A stretch of DNA of 64,000 nt from the human T2T-CHM13v2.0 reference genome, Homo sapiens. Below are positions 1 to 13,591 of the stretch, in pieces. The stretch is taken from the NCBI RefSeq assembly GCF_009914755.1, contig NC_060942.1, one strand, 5' to 3'. Every line of letters starts with the position of its first letter. The first letter of the stretch is position 1. Under the pieces are notes generated by a model, which had not been told where the DNA came from, did no database searches, and saw nothing but the letters and a program-made list of their open reading frames with translations. A program made the position numbers and the translations under genes.

Positions 1-123
1 TCAACTGTGGAGTGTTTTACAAATAACAGGTTTTCAATGCTCTACAGATTTTACAGGGATGTAAACCAGAACCCTGAAAGCTCTAGTGTCTTCACAACAG
101 TTCCCTTGAAAACACTGGTACTG
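1..123 (-). other. Candidate non-coding exon (runs off the window start)
   Basis: Minus strand reads ttatatgtaaattgttcattcccctag|CAG|TACC, a NAGNAG acceptor with a pyrimidine tract, in non-repeat sequence. No convincing long ORF. Motif-only support. Confidence 0.25.
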
Positions 124-1237
124 CTAGGGGAATGAACAATTTACATATAAATAATTTATATTTTAGTTGTCTCTAAGTGTGAGACTGTAAGAAATTCATT
201 TTGAAAACCACTCAAAGGTTTCCTGATTTTCATACTGTCCTTAGCCGATAAGCTCTTAGACTGATTTGACTTCTAAAATACCTTCTAACTTGAATTCATT
301 TGAAAAGCCCGAAGTGTTAAAACTCATGGATTGAGATAAATAACCTTCCAATGGAGTCTAGCAAATTGGAAACTGGACTTGGTCTTTGATCTCAGGGAGG
401 TACGCGTACTACAGACGGGTCATTGTGCTTGCCCAGACAGGACACGAGGTAAGACTTCCTTACTTAAACTTGACACATACAGCATGGTCAGAAACAGCAG
501 ATGGGGTCATTTGTTATCTTTAACACTGTACGCCGGCCCAAGTAGGGCAGGACAGTGGGAATCCCATAAAACAGAGCCAGCTTTCATGCTAGGAGCAGTA
601 CTGTAGTCACCCAATCATACGGCAGAAATAGTAAAGGTCATGCTTCCTCCACAGTGGTGAGGTGCAGCAGCTTCCTTGGCAAATGACTTCTGCGTACTCT
701 CCCCACATGGAGGAGATTGGTCATGCAAAGTAGGTGTTTTCAGGGTACAGGAAAGCTTTCCAAGATTGCTTCTAGAAGCTATGGCAAATGTATTTTCAAT
801 TTAAATGTATCTTCCTATTATCAGCACTTTAAATTTGCCATTTATCAGAAAGGGCCTTTTTCCTCTTTTCCTTCCTGCATTTGTTTTCTGTGTAGGTTTG
901 CTTTTTGTCTGTTTGTTTTGGCCTTTGAGGAATGTGACTTCCTAAGGTCACCCTGGAAAACAAAGAAGCAAAACAAAACAAAAAAAGAACTCCGTTTTCA
1001 CTAAAATGGAGTCCGAAGATGTGGGTTCAGTGCTTTATCTGGCTGTCTCTGTAACCTGGGGATCACATTCGTCTCACAGGGAAAGTTTTGTGAAGATCAA
1101 ATAAGAAATAATTTGGATATTGAAATGCTCCCCAAGGTTCAAAGACCTGCACATTTAGAATGCTTGGCAGCCCCTGGTCTTTTTGTGTGTGCTGCACTTG
1201 GGACATTTATCAGAATCTGAACACATCAGAAACTGAC

Positions 1238-1382
1238 CCAATGATAGAAAAGAACTGGAACTAGGGGTGATCAGAATAACCTCCTGAGAAGGCCGTCCCA
1301 ATGGAGAAAGGAGTTAGTGTCCTGAGCTTTGTGGTCCTGCACCAGCTCTTGGCTAGTCTGCTGCTGAAGTATTCTGTCAGAC
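1238..1382 (-). other. Candidate 145-nt internal exon, probably non-coding or 5' UTR
   Basis: Strong minus-strand acceptor attcttattgccctctatttttcttcag|GTCTG (AG at 1384-1383) and donor ATTGG|gtcagt (GT at 1237-1236). Unique sequence. Confidence 0.3.
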
Positions 1383-2242
1383 CTGAAGAAAAATAGAGGG
1401 CAATAAGAATCGGTACTGACAAACAGGCCCAGGCACCACACTCCCGAAGACCAACACCATAAACAATCTGCCTGGCAGGGTTAGAGTCTGTAGAGGCTGG
1501 GGAGGCAGTAGTACCCAGAGAAAAACAACTCGAAAGTGGAACCTTTTGAATAACAGCCCATCTCACAGTAGAGTCCTTTACACCAACAAAAACGAGTCTT
1601 GGTCAGTGTCTCTAACATACGTTTAATTTCCTAGACAAATCTTGCATCTCTTCATGATTTAGCTTCTTGTTTACAATGCAGCTTTCTTAAATGGAAAGGA
1701 AACTGCTGAATCTCAAATTGCTGTGTAGTTTGTCAGACAATGACATCCTTCACTGCCAGCGTTGAGCACACTCCCTTTTTAATCCATTTTGCCTGATGAA
1801 GCATAGCATTTTCTGCAGCCTTCTGAGCTGTTAAGAGAATATTTCAACTGCAAACACAAAGAAGAAATGTTTGAAGTGAAATGAACTATGGGCTAATCGG
1901 GAAGGGCTTGAATGAATGTCAAAATAAGAGCTCACCTACTGCACATTTTTAAAAAGAAGTCTATGTTAATGGAGTCAAAACACTGGCTTCAGTGTTTTAT
2001 CTTTATTGATGAAATTACCACATTTGAAAAGTAAACACTATTTTATTTTATGTCTGATAGAAAATATATATACGCTATGGAAGAAATTTTGAAAATACAG
2101 AAAAGCAAAAACAAAATGATGAAATAAAATAATCTTTAACTTCCCACATTCAGATGTGAAGCACTGCTTATATTTTGTTTTTATGATACAAAAAGAAGTC
2201 TGTAATGCAAGCTGTCCTTCCCTTAGCAGTCTGACAAATGTA

Positions 2243-2322
2243 TTGCATTGGTGTAAAAGTAATTGCGGTCTTTGTCTTTACTTTTAATGGCAAAAAACAC
2301 AATTACTTTTTCATCAACCTAA
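2243..2322. mobile_element. MADE1 (Hsmar1-derived mariner MITE, 80 bp)
   Basis: ttgcattggtgtaaaagtaattgcggtc...caaaaaacacaattactttttcatcaacctaa matches the MADE1 palindrome. TA target duplications at 2241-2242 and 2323-2324. Confidence 0.9.
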
Positions 2323-3574
2323 TATATTTGGCTCGAGTTAAAAATATTTTTTAAATGATTAAAAGTAAACACTAATCTAGCATATAGGACTTACAGCTTA
2401 AAAATATTAAATACACAAATTTTCTGTCCTCAGTAAGCTAACATCTCAGGTTTTATATGACTTATATGAATGAAATGACAATGTGTTATTTTTGAAAGCT
2501 TATTCAAATAGTAGGAGAGGACATACGAAAACAAAATATGAGGTTTGGGGGCTTGACTCCTCCCTGAGAAAACGCAAGAAGCTCTTTCTCAGAGGAGTCA
2601 TACCTAAATAGCCTGTGTGGGTGTGGTTAGTGTTTTTATTTAAGTGGGCGGGGAATGGAAGCTTCTTTTGGTCTTGCTGAACATTTAGCTTGGATTTGTT
2701 TTATTTATATGGCTACCTAGTTTTTGCTCTGATGGTATAAACCCTGGCTTTTATTTCAAAGTGTTTTTATTTCCATTTTTTAATTTAAAATAATCCCATA
2801 ACTTCTTTAGTCTCAAGAGCCTATCCATGTCAACCTTATTAGTTCCTACTTGTTAATACTTTTAGAAGTTTGAATTTAGTTGGTACTTTGGATTAATGTC
2901 CTAACATAAAATATTCTATTTTATACCATGCTTGGAATCCGAAACTCTTATTCCAAAATGAAATCTGACATCTCACCAGCAAACCTTGTGCCTTGTATTT
3001 ATATTGTAGAATATCTTAGAAACCAGTCCACTGGTACTGCTCAGTAATTATCTCAGGACAAGTAGGTGCTATTGATTTGTTAGCCACCGTTGTCTTAAAT
3101 TAAACTTGGATAGTGATATATGGGTACCAGGTTAAATGTTCAGAGGAATGATGCTTAGAAGACAGAATGAACAGAATGGAAGTTGGAGGATCTATTAGAA
3201 ATGGGTCTAGATAGGACACAGAAAACAGGAAGTGGAGACCAGATGCCCTCCCACCCTCCCCGACAACCCCAGAAAAAGATGGCTCAGATAGAGTGAGTCT
3301 GGCTGATAGCTTTGGTCATTCAGCTGCCACAGTTTGGCGTATGTTTCCAGAAAACAGGAAGTAAAGCAGTCCTGACAACAGCCATAGACAAAAGCTCTCA
3401 AGAATTAGAAGAAAAGAGGTGCTTATTAGCCTAGGAGCTTAGCTGAGCAGATTTTCCTCTAAGACTCACATATGCAGAAAAGCTGGAAGACTGCTTGCAG
3501 GAATGAGCCTTGCCTGAAAGCCCTGGAAAGAAAGAAGGAGCCAGAATTCTTGTGTGAAAGAAATAGGCTTTTTT

Positions 3575-3894
<320 letters not shown>

Positions 3895-5141
3895 TCAATT
3901 AAATTCCACAGAAATGATAAATCTTTGCAGTTGTAACAATATATAAAATGTGCAGTTCATTAAGATTTTAAATATTTGTATGCCTTAAGCAGTGGTGAAA
4001 AACGAGAATTAAGCCATTTAGAAATACTCCACAAGACTAATTCCATAAAAAAATTTATGGACTACAGAATAGAGAAAATGCTTTAATAATGGACAATATA
4101 GTTTATTGTCCCTCTCTTGGGAGAGAGGTAGCTTTATTCTCTAATAATTAATTTAGCTACCTTTAAGACAAGTCAACTGAAGAACACGTCTTAGTTTTTC
4201 TTTCTTGCTCATGATAGAAAAAGTTTCTAAGAAATAAGCCTCTGTACTAAATACTAGTCAAATTCTGAAAGGCCCAGTCACTGGTAAAACTAGCACCACA
4301 AGTCAGAGCTGCTAACTACCGCTTAGGTACTAGAACCACCTCCCTTGTGAAGTGTTAATGGCCTCAGCCCAGCTCCTAGCAGACATCTGTCTACATCACA
4401 CACAAAATAAATTTAAATTGGCAGTGTCTGCAGAGAAAATGACATTTCATGGATGTGGAAATAAACCAACCCTTCAGATAAGAAATGACCTCACATTCTA
4501 GAGATAGTCTCTTCAGGGTGAGCTCTGAGAAGCCAAACTTTTTCAATTCCTTTCTCACTATTTCCTGACCCATAAAGAACAGACAAAACAAACGATGCCC
4601 TCAGACCTTTTGCAATAAGAAACACATCAAACTCTATGAGCAATTAGAGCTATTGTGTAATAGTGGTGATGCACGTTTCTAAACGTATTTCCACTTCTGT
4701 TTTACCTCAGTTAAACACTCATATATTCTCCTAATGGTATGGGATAAGGGGAACCGTGCAGGTGTCAACTATAATTATTGTTTTCCCTGTTTTTAGTCAG
4801 AGATATTTGTCCCTCACCTCTGTTGAAGAAAACATACATAACCAGAATGGCAAATAAACTGGTTAGCACTTTGACATACTCTAAATATTCTCTATCAACA
4901 TGACCAATGCATTACAAATGAGCAGCTACATTTTAAAAATATTGATGGAAACCTCCAACAGTATCTTTGCTTCCATTTCGATTCATGCCACCTAAGATAT
5001 AAGCACTATAGGTAATATTGATGAGAATAAACAATACCAAAGCATCTTTTGCACATTATCCCATTTCAGCTTTCTCTTGGATGTTATCGAGTAGTAGTGT
5101 AGATTATTCACATTACCAATATGGGTGATAACTCACCAAAG

Positions 5142-5493
5142 TTTTTTGTTTGTTTGTTTGTTTGTTTTTGTTTTTGTTTCTGTTTTTTGAGTCAGAGTCT
5201 TGCTGTGTTGCCCAGGGTGGAGTGCAGTGACACGATCTTGGCTCACTGGAACCTCTGTCTCCCAGGTTCAAGAGATTCTCCTGCCTCAGCCTCCTGAGTA
5301 GCTGGGATTACAGGCACCTGCCACCACGCCTGGTTAATTTTATTTATTTTTATTTTTTATTTTTTGTATTTTTAATAGAGACAGGGTTTCACCGTATTGG
5401 CTAGACTGGTCTTGAACTCCAGACCTCAGGTGATTCGTCTGCCTCGGCCTCCCAAAATGCTGGTATTACAGGCGTGAGCCACTGCACTTGGCC
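5142..5493 (-). mobile_element. AluS (Sx-like) with (GTTT)n tail
   Basis: Reverse-complement Alu ending ...cacttggcc at 5493. Flanks ctcaccaaagtttttt / ctcataaaagtttttt resemble a TSD. Confidence 0.93.
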
Positions 5494-5682
5494 TCATAAA
5501 AGTTTTTTAAGCAAAACTAATGGACCACAGAGTTATTCATTCTTGACTCTAAGCATCAAACTTATACACATACTTGAGGTTTGTATATGAACATGCATGA
5601 GCCTGCAGGGGAAGGCTATGGTGTTAGAAATAAAAGTCATTCTTGTTTGCCAGAAATGTATATCTGAAACTAAGTCACTTAA

Positions 5683-6153
5683 ATTAGTCAAGAAGTCTCC
5701 AGAGAAACAAAACCAAAAAGAGATTTAATATAAGGAATTAGCCCCCCTCCATAATTGTGGGCAAGTCCCAAGCTCTCTGCAGGGTGAGTTGATGAGCTGG
5801 AGACCCAAAGAGCAGATGATATAATTCCAGTCTCAGCGCCAGCAGACTTGAGACCAAGGAAGAGCCAATGTTTCTGTTTGAGTCCAAGGCAGAAAAAAAC
5901 CTGATGACCAAATTCAAAGGCAGTCAGACAAAAGGAGTTCCCTCTTACTCATAGACAGTCTGCCTTTTTCAGGCCTTTGACTGCTTGAATAAGGCCCACT
6001 CACATTAGGGTGAGCAATCTGCTTTACTCAGTCAACCAATTCAAATGTCAATCCCATTTGAAAACACCCTCACAGAAACACCGAGAATGATGTTTCACCA
6101 CATATCTGGGTGTTCCATAGCCCAGTGAGGTGGACACAAAATTAATCATTATA
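5683..6153 (-). mobile_element. MLT2-family solo LTR (ERVL)
   Basis: Contains ctccagagaaac, gcaatctgctttactcagtc, aacaccctcacagaaacacc and gacacaaaattaatcat, typical of MLT2 in reverse orientation. Confidence 0.8.
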
Positions 6154-8099
6154 CCAACACTAGTATCAATACTGTTAGGATGATTCCTTTTCATCAGTAA
6201 TGAGCCCAGAAATATGTTAAGATACGGATCAAATAGAAGATCATCATTCATCATATTGAATAATCTATTGATGGAGTAAAAATTGTTTCCTCTTCCACTG
6301 ATTGTATTATAGGTGGTGTTTGGTGAGCTATACCTGTCATTTAATGCAAAAAAGAATTCAGATGATGCTGGGAAATTTTAATCACGAGTGTTCTTTACAT
6401 AATAGGTATCATGATGGCAGTGAGGTTTGGAGTGAAATGTGTGGAGTGGGACTGAGGGAATGGTTCCAGGAAGAAAGAAAGCAAAAATAATGATAATAAT
6501 AAAATAATCAGGTTGTTTTCTCATGGGAGCAAAGCAGGCATCCGTTTTTTTCTGCCTGAGCACAAGACAAACACCAAATAAACAGCAAAAGTTACTTAAA
6601 AGCCATTTCTTCAATTTCTCCCAAATAAGGCCAGAATTAGTTATAATTGAAACAGAAAAAATGTACAGACAGAGTTCCAGATATAAGATCAGGATATTTA
6701 AAAACAATGGAATCCAGTCAATGTGTGAAAAATTTTTCAAAAGCTTAGGTGTCAACTGGTCAAAATTAGAATTCTGCATTGATAGGAAATTCTTCAGTTT
6801 ATAAATCTTAACAAAAAATGGTTCCCTTGTTTTTACCAGCTAGAAGGAAATCTAAGAAGTTTGACTTTAATTCCTTCAAAAATACAGAAAAATCATAATC
6901 TTCTCTATTCCTGTTTGTTACATAAGTTACAGATTCACATGAAGTCCCAGGATAGCTTCTGTCGGCTTTGGTGGCCTGTTGCAGCAGCCAGCAGCAGGAA
7001 ACTTGAGGAGCTATCATCTCAGGAATGAACGGGGCCACATCAATAAGGTAAAACTAAGGTCACTCAAGTCCTAGACCCTCATTTTGCCTTATTTTTCTCC
7101 CAAGGGATTTTTAAAATACCATAAAAATTGAACCATCAAAAAATCACGAAATAAACATGTTTGTAGTAATCATTAATACCATTCCCTAGACACTAAATAA
7201 AATCCCACATACATTAATCAAAGAAAATACTTTTTTCATTAGAATTCTAAGACGACACTTTCATCAACTTTCCTAAAATCTAAAATTTAATCATCCTTAT
7301 TATTGACTTTTCACTAACTTGTTTCCTACACTGATTTATAATTATTTATTCCATATTCTATTATGCTCACTAGATGCAGACATTCACTGCATCCTATTAA
7401 TTCCGACATTGAATCTATCTTTAAAGGTATTGTTACTCTTATTATTGGAATGGTCGAAAAAAAGCAAAAAAAAAAACAAGAAATATTTACAGTTACATTA
7501 TTTTGGTTTTTCTTCCTGTTGCGATATATAGTATTTTACTGTTTATTTTAGAAAAAAACAGTTTCTAGAATATAAATCAAAGAAACTATACTACATTTCA
7601 GGAGACCTGTAATGATGTGGCTCTAAATGTCAGCTTTAAAAGCCTGGGAATTGATAGAGGAAGAGAGAAGAAAGGGTGTCCCAGTTTTCCACATGCCGAA
7701 TGATTCAGCAAAATAATGTGAGCAAGTCAAGACTCTGGAAAATATTTTTAGATGCCAAACAAAAACCTGGAGGTAAATCTCTGCTACACTGTCAGTTAGG
7801 TTCTTAGCATCCAGTTTGATTTGTTGTACTTTAAAATGAATGGAAGAAATTATAAGGAGCACAGATAACTACAAATAATTCAAGGTTTGGGAAAATGAAA
7901 TTGAATATAAAACTATGAAATGTTATAGTAGCTATAAAATCCTAGTTTTTCAGTGTAGAAGAGTAAAGGTTAAAGAATGACAGAAACTGTCTTGAAATAG
8001 ACAAAAGGATATAAATATCACAATTATATCACTAGAGTAAACTTTAGATTTCTTTTCCCAACCCATATCCTGACTGTCTACCACCAACCACCATTTGAC

Positions 8100-8220
8100 A
8101 GCAGAAGACACTGAGGCCAGGCAGGTGAAGCTGTTTGTTCAAGAACCAGAGTTGTTTCATGGGAGATCTAGAGATTAGAGCCCAAGCATCCTGACTTGTA
8201 GTTCTCTTTCCATTTCTTAA
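8100..8220 (-). mobile_element. MIR fragment
   Basis: gaagacactgaggccagg...gattagagcccaagcatcctgact, a degenerate MIR core. Confidence 0.5.
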
Positions 8221-9419
8221 GATACAACCATTAGGTAATTTTATGGATTTTTTTCCCACAAATATACCAGGATCTACGATTGATATGAGCATTCGCATCA
8301 TTGTAACTGCTTCAGAAAGCTGGAATAATAGAACATTTTAAAGTACTTCTTTTGGAACTATTTGTAGACCCAATTTAAAAGCCAGAAAAAGAACCTCACT
8401 GCTCTATAATTTTTATTCTGAAATATTTGCTTATGATCTATAATGCATTACCCAGCTTAAATAATAGATGAATCCAGCAACTTGTTTCTGAGTGACTTTT
8501 TGTCGTTGTTAAAAGTCAAATCCATCTTAGAGGACAGAGATTTTTCCCCAGAAACTCTGATGAAGGAAGGCTTTGAAAGTAATTCCAGGAAAGTCTTGAA
8601 ATATTTTGAGATATGGCAACAATGTTGCCATAATGTGAATATTTTTCTTTTGAATATTTCTTTTAGTAATGCTATGGTATTAACAGTTTTTAAAATAAAT
8701 CCTTTTCTTTTACAGCCCATTCCATTTGACTTGAGATATTAAAATCTTATGACAATCTATAAGCCAGACCAGTAGAAATGTGACAACCTCTTTATAGTCT
8801 TTAACTCTGCAACAGCTTTACAATTATAGAGATTAGAGAACCATTAGAATTGTGATACAAGTAATATAAGTATAGGTTTTAACACTGTCATCTGTCACTG
8901 CCATGTTCCTAACATATATAGATAAAGTATAGTTTTAAAAAAGGAATATAAAATACATTATTAATATGCTTTTTAAAGTAAATAAATACAGTTGTGGCCA
9001 GAAATGGGAACATTGTTTATGGATAGCTAAGGTATAGTAAAGTCATTGCTTTATTTTGGAGAAAGACAGAAAAATACAAGATAACTCTAGACTTCCTTAC
9101 AAAAAAAGATATATATACACACACACATTAAAATTCAAAGATAAACACTAAAATAATAGATAAGTAACTCTTGCTTCTAGAAGTGTCCCCCATGTGGTAG
9201 AGTACTACAGCCTAGCTAATTGCTTAAAGCTGCAATTAGGGACGCTGAAGTGGAAACACCCACCACCTTTGAAATGAGGTTTAAAAAGCTTAAAATAATT
9301 CTTGCTTATGGTGAAGGCTTATGCAAAGTCACTAGGGAAGCTAGAGAGAGCAGACACACTTTGCAGTCAGGAACTGACTCTACACCTAGCTTAGTAACTG
9401 GGTCAGCATGTTGACCATA

Positions 9420-10010
9420 ACAGCAGAGATGCTGTAAACCATGAATATAAGGCTTATAAATTAAAATTCCAAAAAGATGGCAGGAAGAAAGAAAACCAAC
9501 AAAATCAACAATCAGAAAGTAAATTGTTCCAGATAAAATGAGCATGTAAGAGCAATCTGAAAATGATTTGAAAATAAACATGATTAGGATACTCAAAGAA
9601 ATAAAGAAGGAAATTTCTGATAGAGAAAGAAATTATGAAACCAGACAAGACAGAAATGATACAAAAACAAAAGCATTTGAAAAAGAACACATTAGAAATC
9701 TTAAAAATCAAAATGTACTCATTGATGAAATTTTTAAAAAATCAACAGATGAGATATTCTCTAGACTGGACAGAAGGAGAGAGTTTAATAAATTGAAAGA
9801 TAGTATTGTACACTTCCACCCAAATGCAACACAGAAAGATAAAAGGATTTTAAAGACACATGACGGAACAGTTAAGAATTAAGGAGGGGAGCCTGAGAGG
9901 AACCACCATTCAGTGGGGCTCCCAGTGAAGAAAGAGCTGAGAATCTTTCAGAACTGAAAAAAGATGTAAATCCTCAGATCACTGGTGCTGACGGAATAAA
10001 TGAAAATAAA
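9420..10010 (+). mobile_element. Ancient L1M/HAL1 ORF1-region remnant
   Basis: ORF 9568-9882 (KINMIRILKEIK...KSTDEIFSRLDRR) resembles the L1 ORF1p coiled coil. A-rich strand. Confidence 0.55.
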
Positions 10011-10469
10011 TCCACGTATTTATTCTTGATTCCTAACTTGTTTTTAGGAAACGACTTTGAAGAAATAGATCATGGGGGTTAAATAGTAGAAGCAAGGAGA
10101 TCAGTAGAACACAATTTTAATTTTTGGCTTCCCACCATCCTTTTAAAATGCATTCACTGGCTGTAATCTCACCCTGCCTCTAGATAAAATTGGGCTTTTG
10201 GCTTATTCTTAGATGAATAGAACTTTAAGGCATAAAATCAGAAAATGCAATTCAAATTTAGAAATCAAAATGTCCAGAAATAATATAATAAATGTGTAAA
10301 TGTATTGAGAGAGAGAGAGAGGGTGCAAATAGGAGAATCAACTCTTCAATATTTATTCAATGCAAAGTTTTCTCCCCTTTTCCAATTAATGACTCTATAA
10401 TTCCAGTTTTGCCTCTGAGAATAAGAGTGCTATTGGCTTCCTTTCTCTTTTTACTTTGTTTCGATATTT

Positions 10470-11945
10470 TACATTTTTTAAATACAAATTATATATATTT
10501 AAGGTGTACAATGTGATGTTTTGACATACATATACTACATAAACCTACTGAACTGATTACTACAGTCAAGGTAATTTACATATCCTTGTAAATCAAGGTA
10601 ATTTACATTTTTTAACATAGTTACCTTTTTGTGGTGAAACTACTTAAGATATACTCTCAGTAAATTTCAAGTATACAACACAGTATTACTAACTATAGTC
10701 ACTATGCTGTACATTAGATCTCTAGAATTTATTCATTTTATATAACTGAAACTTTGTAGCCTTTGACTGACATCTTCCCATTTTTCCCACCCACCCTTAA
10801 CCCTGGCAACTACCGTTCTCACTCTGTGCTGCTATGACTATTTTAGATTCCACATATATGTGAGGTCAGACAGTATCTTTCTTTCTGTGCCAGGCTCATT
10901 TCGCTTAGCATAATGTATTTTAGTTTCACCCATGTTGTAAATGGCAGAATTTCCTTCTTTTTTAAGGTTGAATGATATCTTATTGTATGTAGTTGTGTAT
11001 ATACATTTCTTCAGCCATGCATCCGTTGACAGACATTTAGCTTATTTCTATAATTTTGCTATTGTGAATAATGCAGCAACGGGTATTAGGAGCACAGTGT
11101 CGTTGAGATATTGATTTTATTTCCTTCGGATATATATCCACTGTGGGACTTCTGAAATATATGGTAGTTCTAGGTTTAAGTTTTTGAGGAACCTCCATAT
11201 TGTTTTTTAAAGCGGCTGTGCCAATTTATATTCTCACCAACAATGTATGAAAGCTCCCGCTTTTCCACATCCTCATCACTTTATCTTTTGTTTTTTAAAT
11301 CATAACCATCCTAACAGACATGAAGTGATCTCTTATTATGGTTTTGATTTGCATTTTCCTGATGATTAACGATGTTGATCACCTTTTCATGCCCCTATTG
11401 GCCATCTGTATGTCTTCTTTGAAAAAAATGTCTTTTCAAATCCTTTGTACATTTTTTTTAAATCAGGCAACTTACCACTATTGAGTTGGAAAAATTCCTT
11501 ATATATTTTTGATATTATCCTCTTATCAGATATATGGTTTGCAAATATTTTCTCCCAATCTTTAGGCTGCATTTTCATTTTCTTGATAGTTTATTTGGCA
11601 TGAGGAGCTTTTTAGTTTGATGTAACTCCAGTTGTTTATTTTTGCTTTTATTGCCTGTACTTTTGGTGTCATATCCAAAAAATCATTGCCAAGATCAATG
11701 CCAAGGAGTTTTTCCCCTGTATTTCCTTCTAGTCTTACAGTTTCAAGTCATGTCTTATATTTGTCTTTAATCCATTTTTAGTTGCTTTTTGAATGTGTTG
11801 TAAGATAAGGGTCCAATTTCACTCTTTTGCATGCGGATATCCAGTTTTCCCAACACCATTTATTGAAGAGGATATCCTCTCTCCATTGTATGTTCTTAGT
11901 GACCTTGTCAAACATTAGCTGGGTGTGTATATGCATGGGTCTGGC
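10470..11945 (-). mobile_element. L1MA (L1MA9-like) 3' portion: ORF2 C-terminus plus 3' UTR
   Basis: ORF2 remnants WEKIFANHISDK (11387-11578) and LFNKWCWENW/KLDPYLT (11778-11966). L1MA-type 3' end (gtacattagatctctagaa). Confidence 0.88.
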
Positions 11946-12542
11946 TTTTGCTCTGAGGTTCCTCATTTCTAAGGGATGTTTGCACCCCTATCAGGGATAA
12001 AAGCAGAGGAAGGAAGGTGAGGTGAGAACTTGTACTTGATTGGGTGGCTTTACACATTCTTGTCCTGGCCATACTTCTCTAAGGGTTTTTGAGGGATGTA
12101 CAGGAGCTCCCGCAGGCCCATTTCACAACAATGCTCAGGGTACGTGCAAAGGCCTAGCTTCACTGGTAGTTGTCTCTGCCCAGGAACACATGGTCAGAGT
12201 CCCTTCCCTCTTCCAGGACTCCATTCCAGCTCCCTGTCTGTATGGTCCACACATGTCCACAGGAAACACACATGTATCCTCCAGCTGAATACACTTGAGC
12301 TGCTCCAGCACAGCCACCCTTACTCTCCCACCAAGGAGTAAGTCATTAGCTTTCCCCCATGCTCCCCAGGAGCGGCATCAAAATAACAAAACAGAAACAT
12401 CATTTAAGATGTATAAATCACCCTTATTAATCTGTCCAAAGGCTTTTCACTATTATTAGCAATCCAGAATAGTAAATATTTGTATGTAAATGAGGACATA
12501 TGTGTGTAAAATAGTTTGGAATTTTTCAATAATCTTTGCTTC

Positions 12543-12590
12543 TTTCTGTCTCTCTCTTCTCTCTCTGTCTCTCTCTCTCTCTGTCTCTTT
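12543..12590. repeat. Imperfect (TC)n microsatellite
   Basis: tttctgtctctctcttctctctctgtctctctctctctctgtctcttt. Confidence 0.85.
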
Positions 12591-13591
12591 CAATTCTTGA
12601 GAATATATACATTCATCCAGACTGAGAATTTGTTGTATTTCAGAGCACAGCCTCACTCATCATAGTTTATTTGAATCAGAGAGTTGGACTATATAGTTAA
12701 GGCTCACAGAGACGGCAGGTTAGATCTTGCCTTCAGCCTAAGGGCAATGACATCCCTTGTTTTGCCAGTACTGCTGATTGAAAGTGGAACTTGCAGAACA
12801 CACCCTTGGCTCTTAAAAACATTAGAATGAGCAATGGAGTATTATTTCATCAGTATCAGTCTGTGCTGTCTTAAATTTTGATTTTGGTTTCTTTTTTGCT
12901 CTTTATGATTGTTACTTAAATGTTTTTTAGCCAAAAGCCCAGTGGAAATGTTTACCCAATAGAAATATATAACTAACTTACTATGGAACAGTGATAGACA
13001 GAGGAGTGAGAATGGCAACACCAACACCGCCATGCCCACCTCCCCTTCATAGTCACTATTTCACAGATATCTTCTCCAGAGCTTGTCAACACTTGCTAAT
13101 TACACTTTCAGGGGATGACCCATTTCTTTGAGCATTCACTTATTTTCATATTGTTTTAAGAAAAATCAGTCAAATCCTAGCGTTATTCATATTCATATTC
13201 AAAAATTATTTGCCTTTTTCCTCAAATTTTGTAAACAATGAATATCTCCAAATATAGAGAAGAAAGAGAAGAAGTAGGGTATGCATCATGAAAAGAACTC
13301 CATGAGGCTTATGAATTGGTATTGGCCCTGAGGTATACTCATCTCCTTTTAACCATATTAGTGATCATGTTTATTTGGATTTGCTCACTGAGGTGTGAGA
13401 GAACACACTACACACTACACACCTTCGGAGCTTGCAGCTCAGAATCTGAGGTCCACCATGGAGGAGAGAAGAATTTATCACTCACCCTGAACTCCATTGG
13501 AAAAAAAAAATGACTTTTCTTTAATTGTATGAAATCCCCAAGTGTCGCAAAACATTTTCATTAAAAATTTTAAGAGAAACCTCATCTTTGA

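Noticed and set aside
1261-1566. 101-aa minus-strand ORF with a hydrophobic segment
   Set aside because: GTG start. The hydrophobic segment is the translation of a splice-acceptor pyrimidine tract, so it was treated as a candidate non-coding exon instead.
9568-9882. Lys/Glu-rich 104-aa ORF as a novel coiled-coil protein
   Set aside because: Best explained as a decayed L1/HAL1 ORF1p remnant on an A-rich strand, with a non-ATG start.
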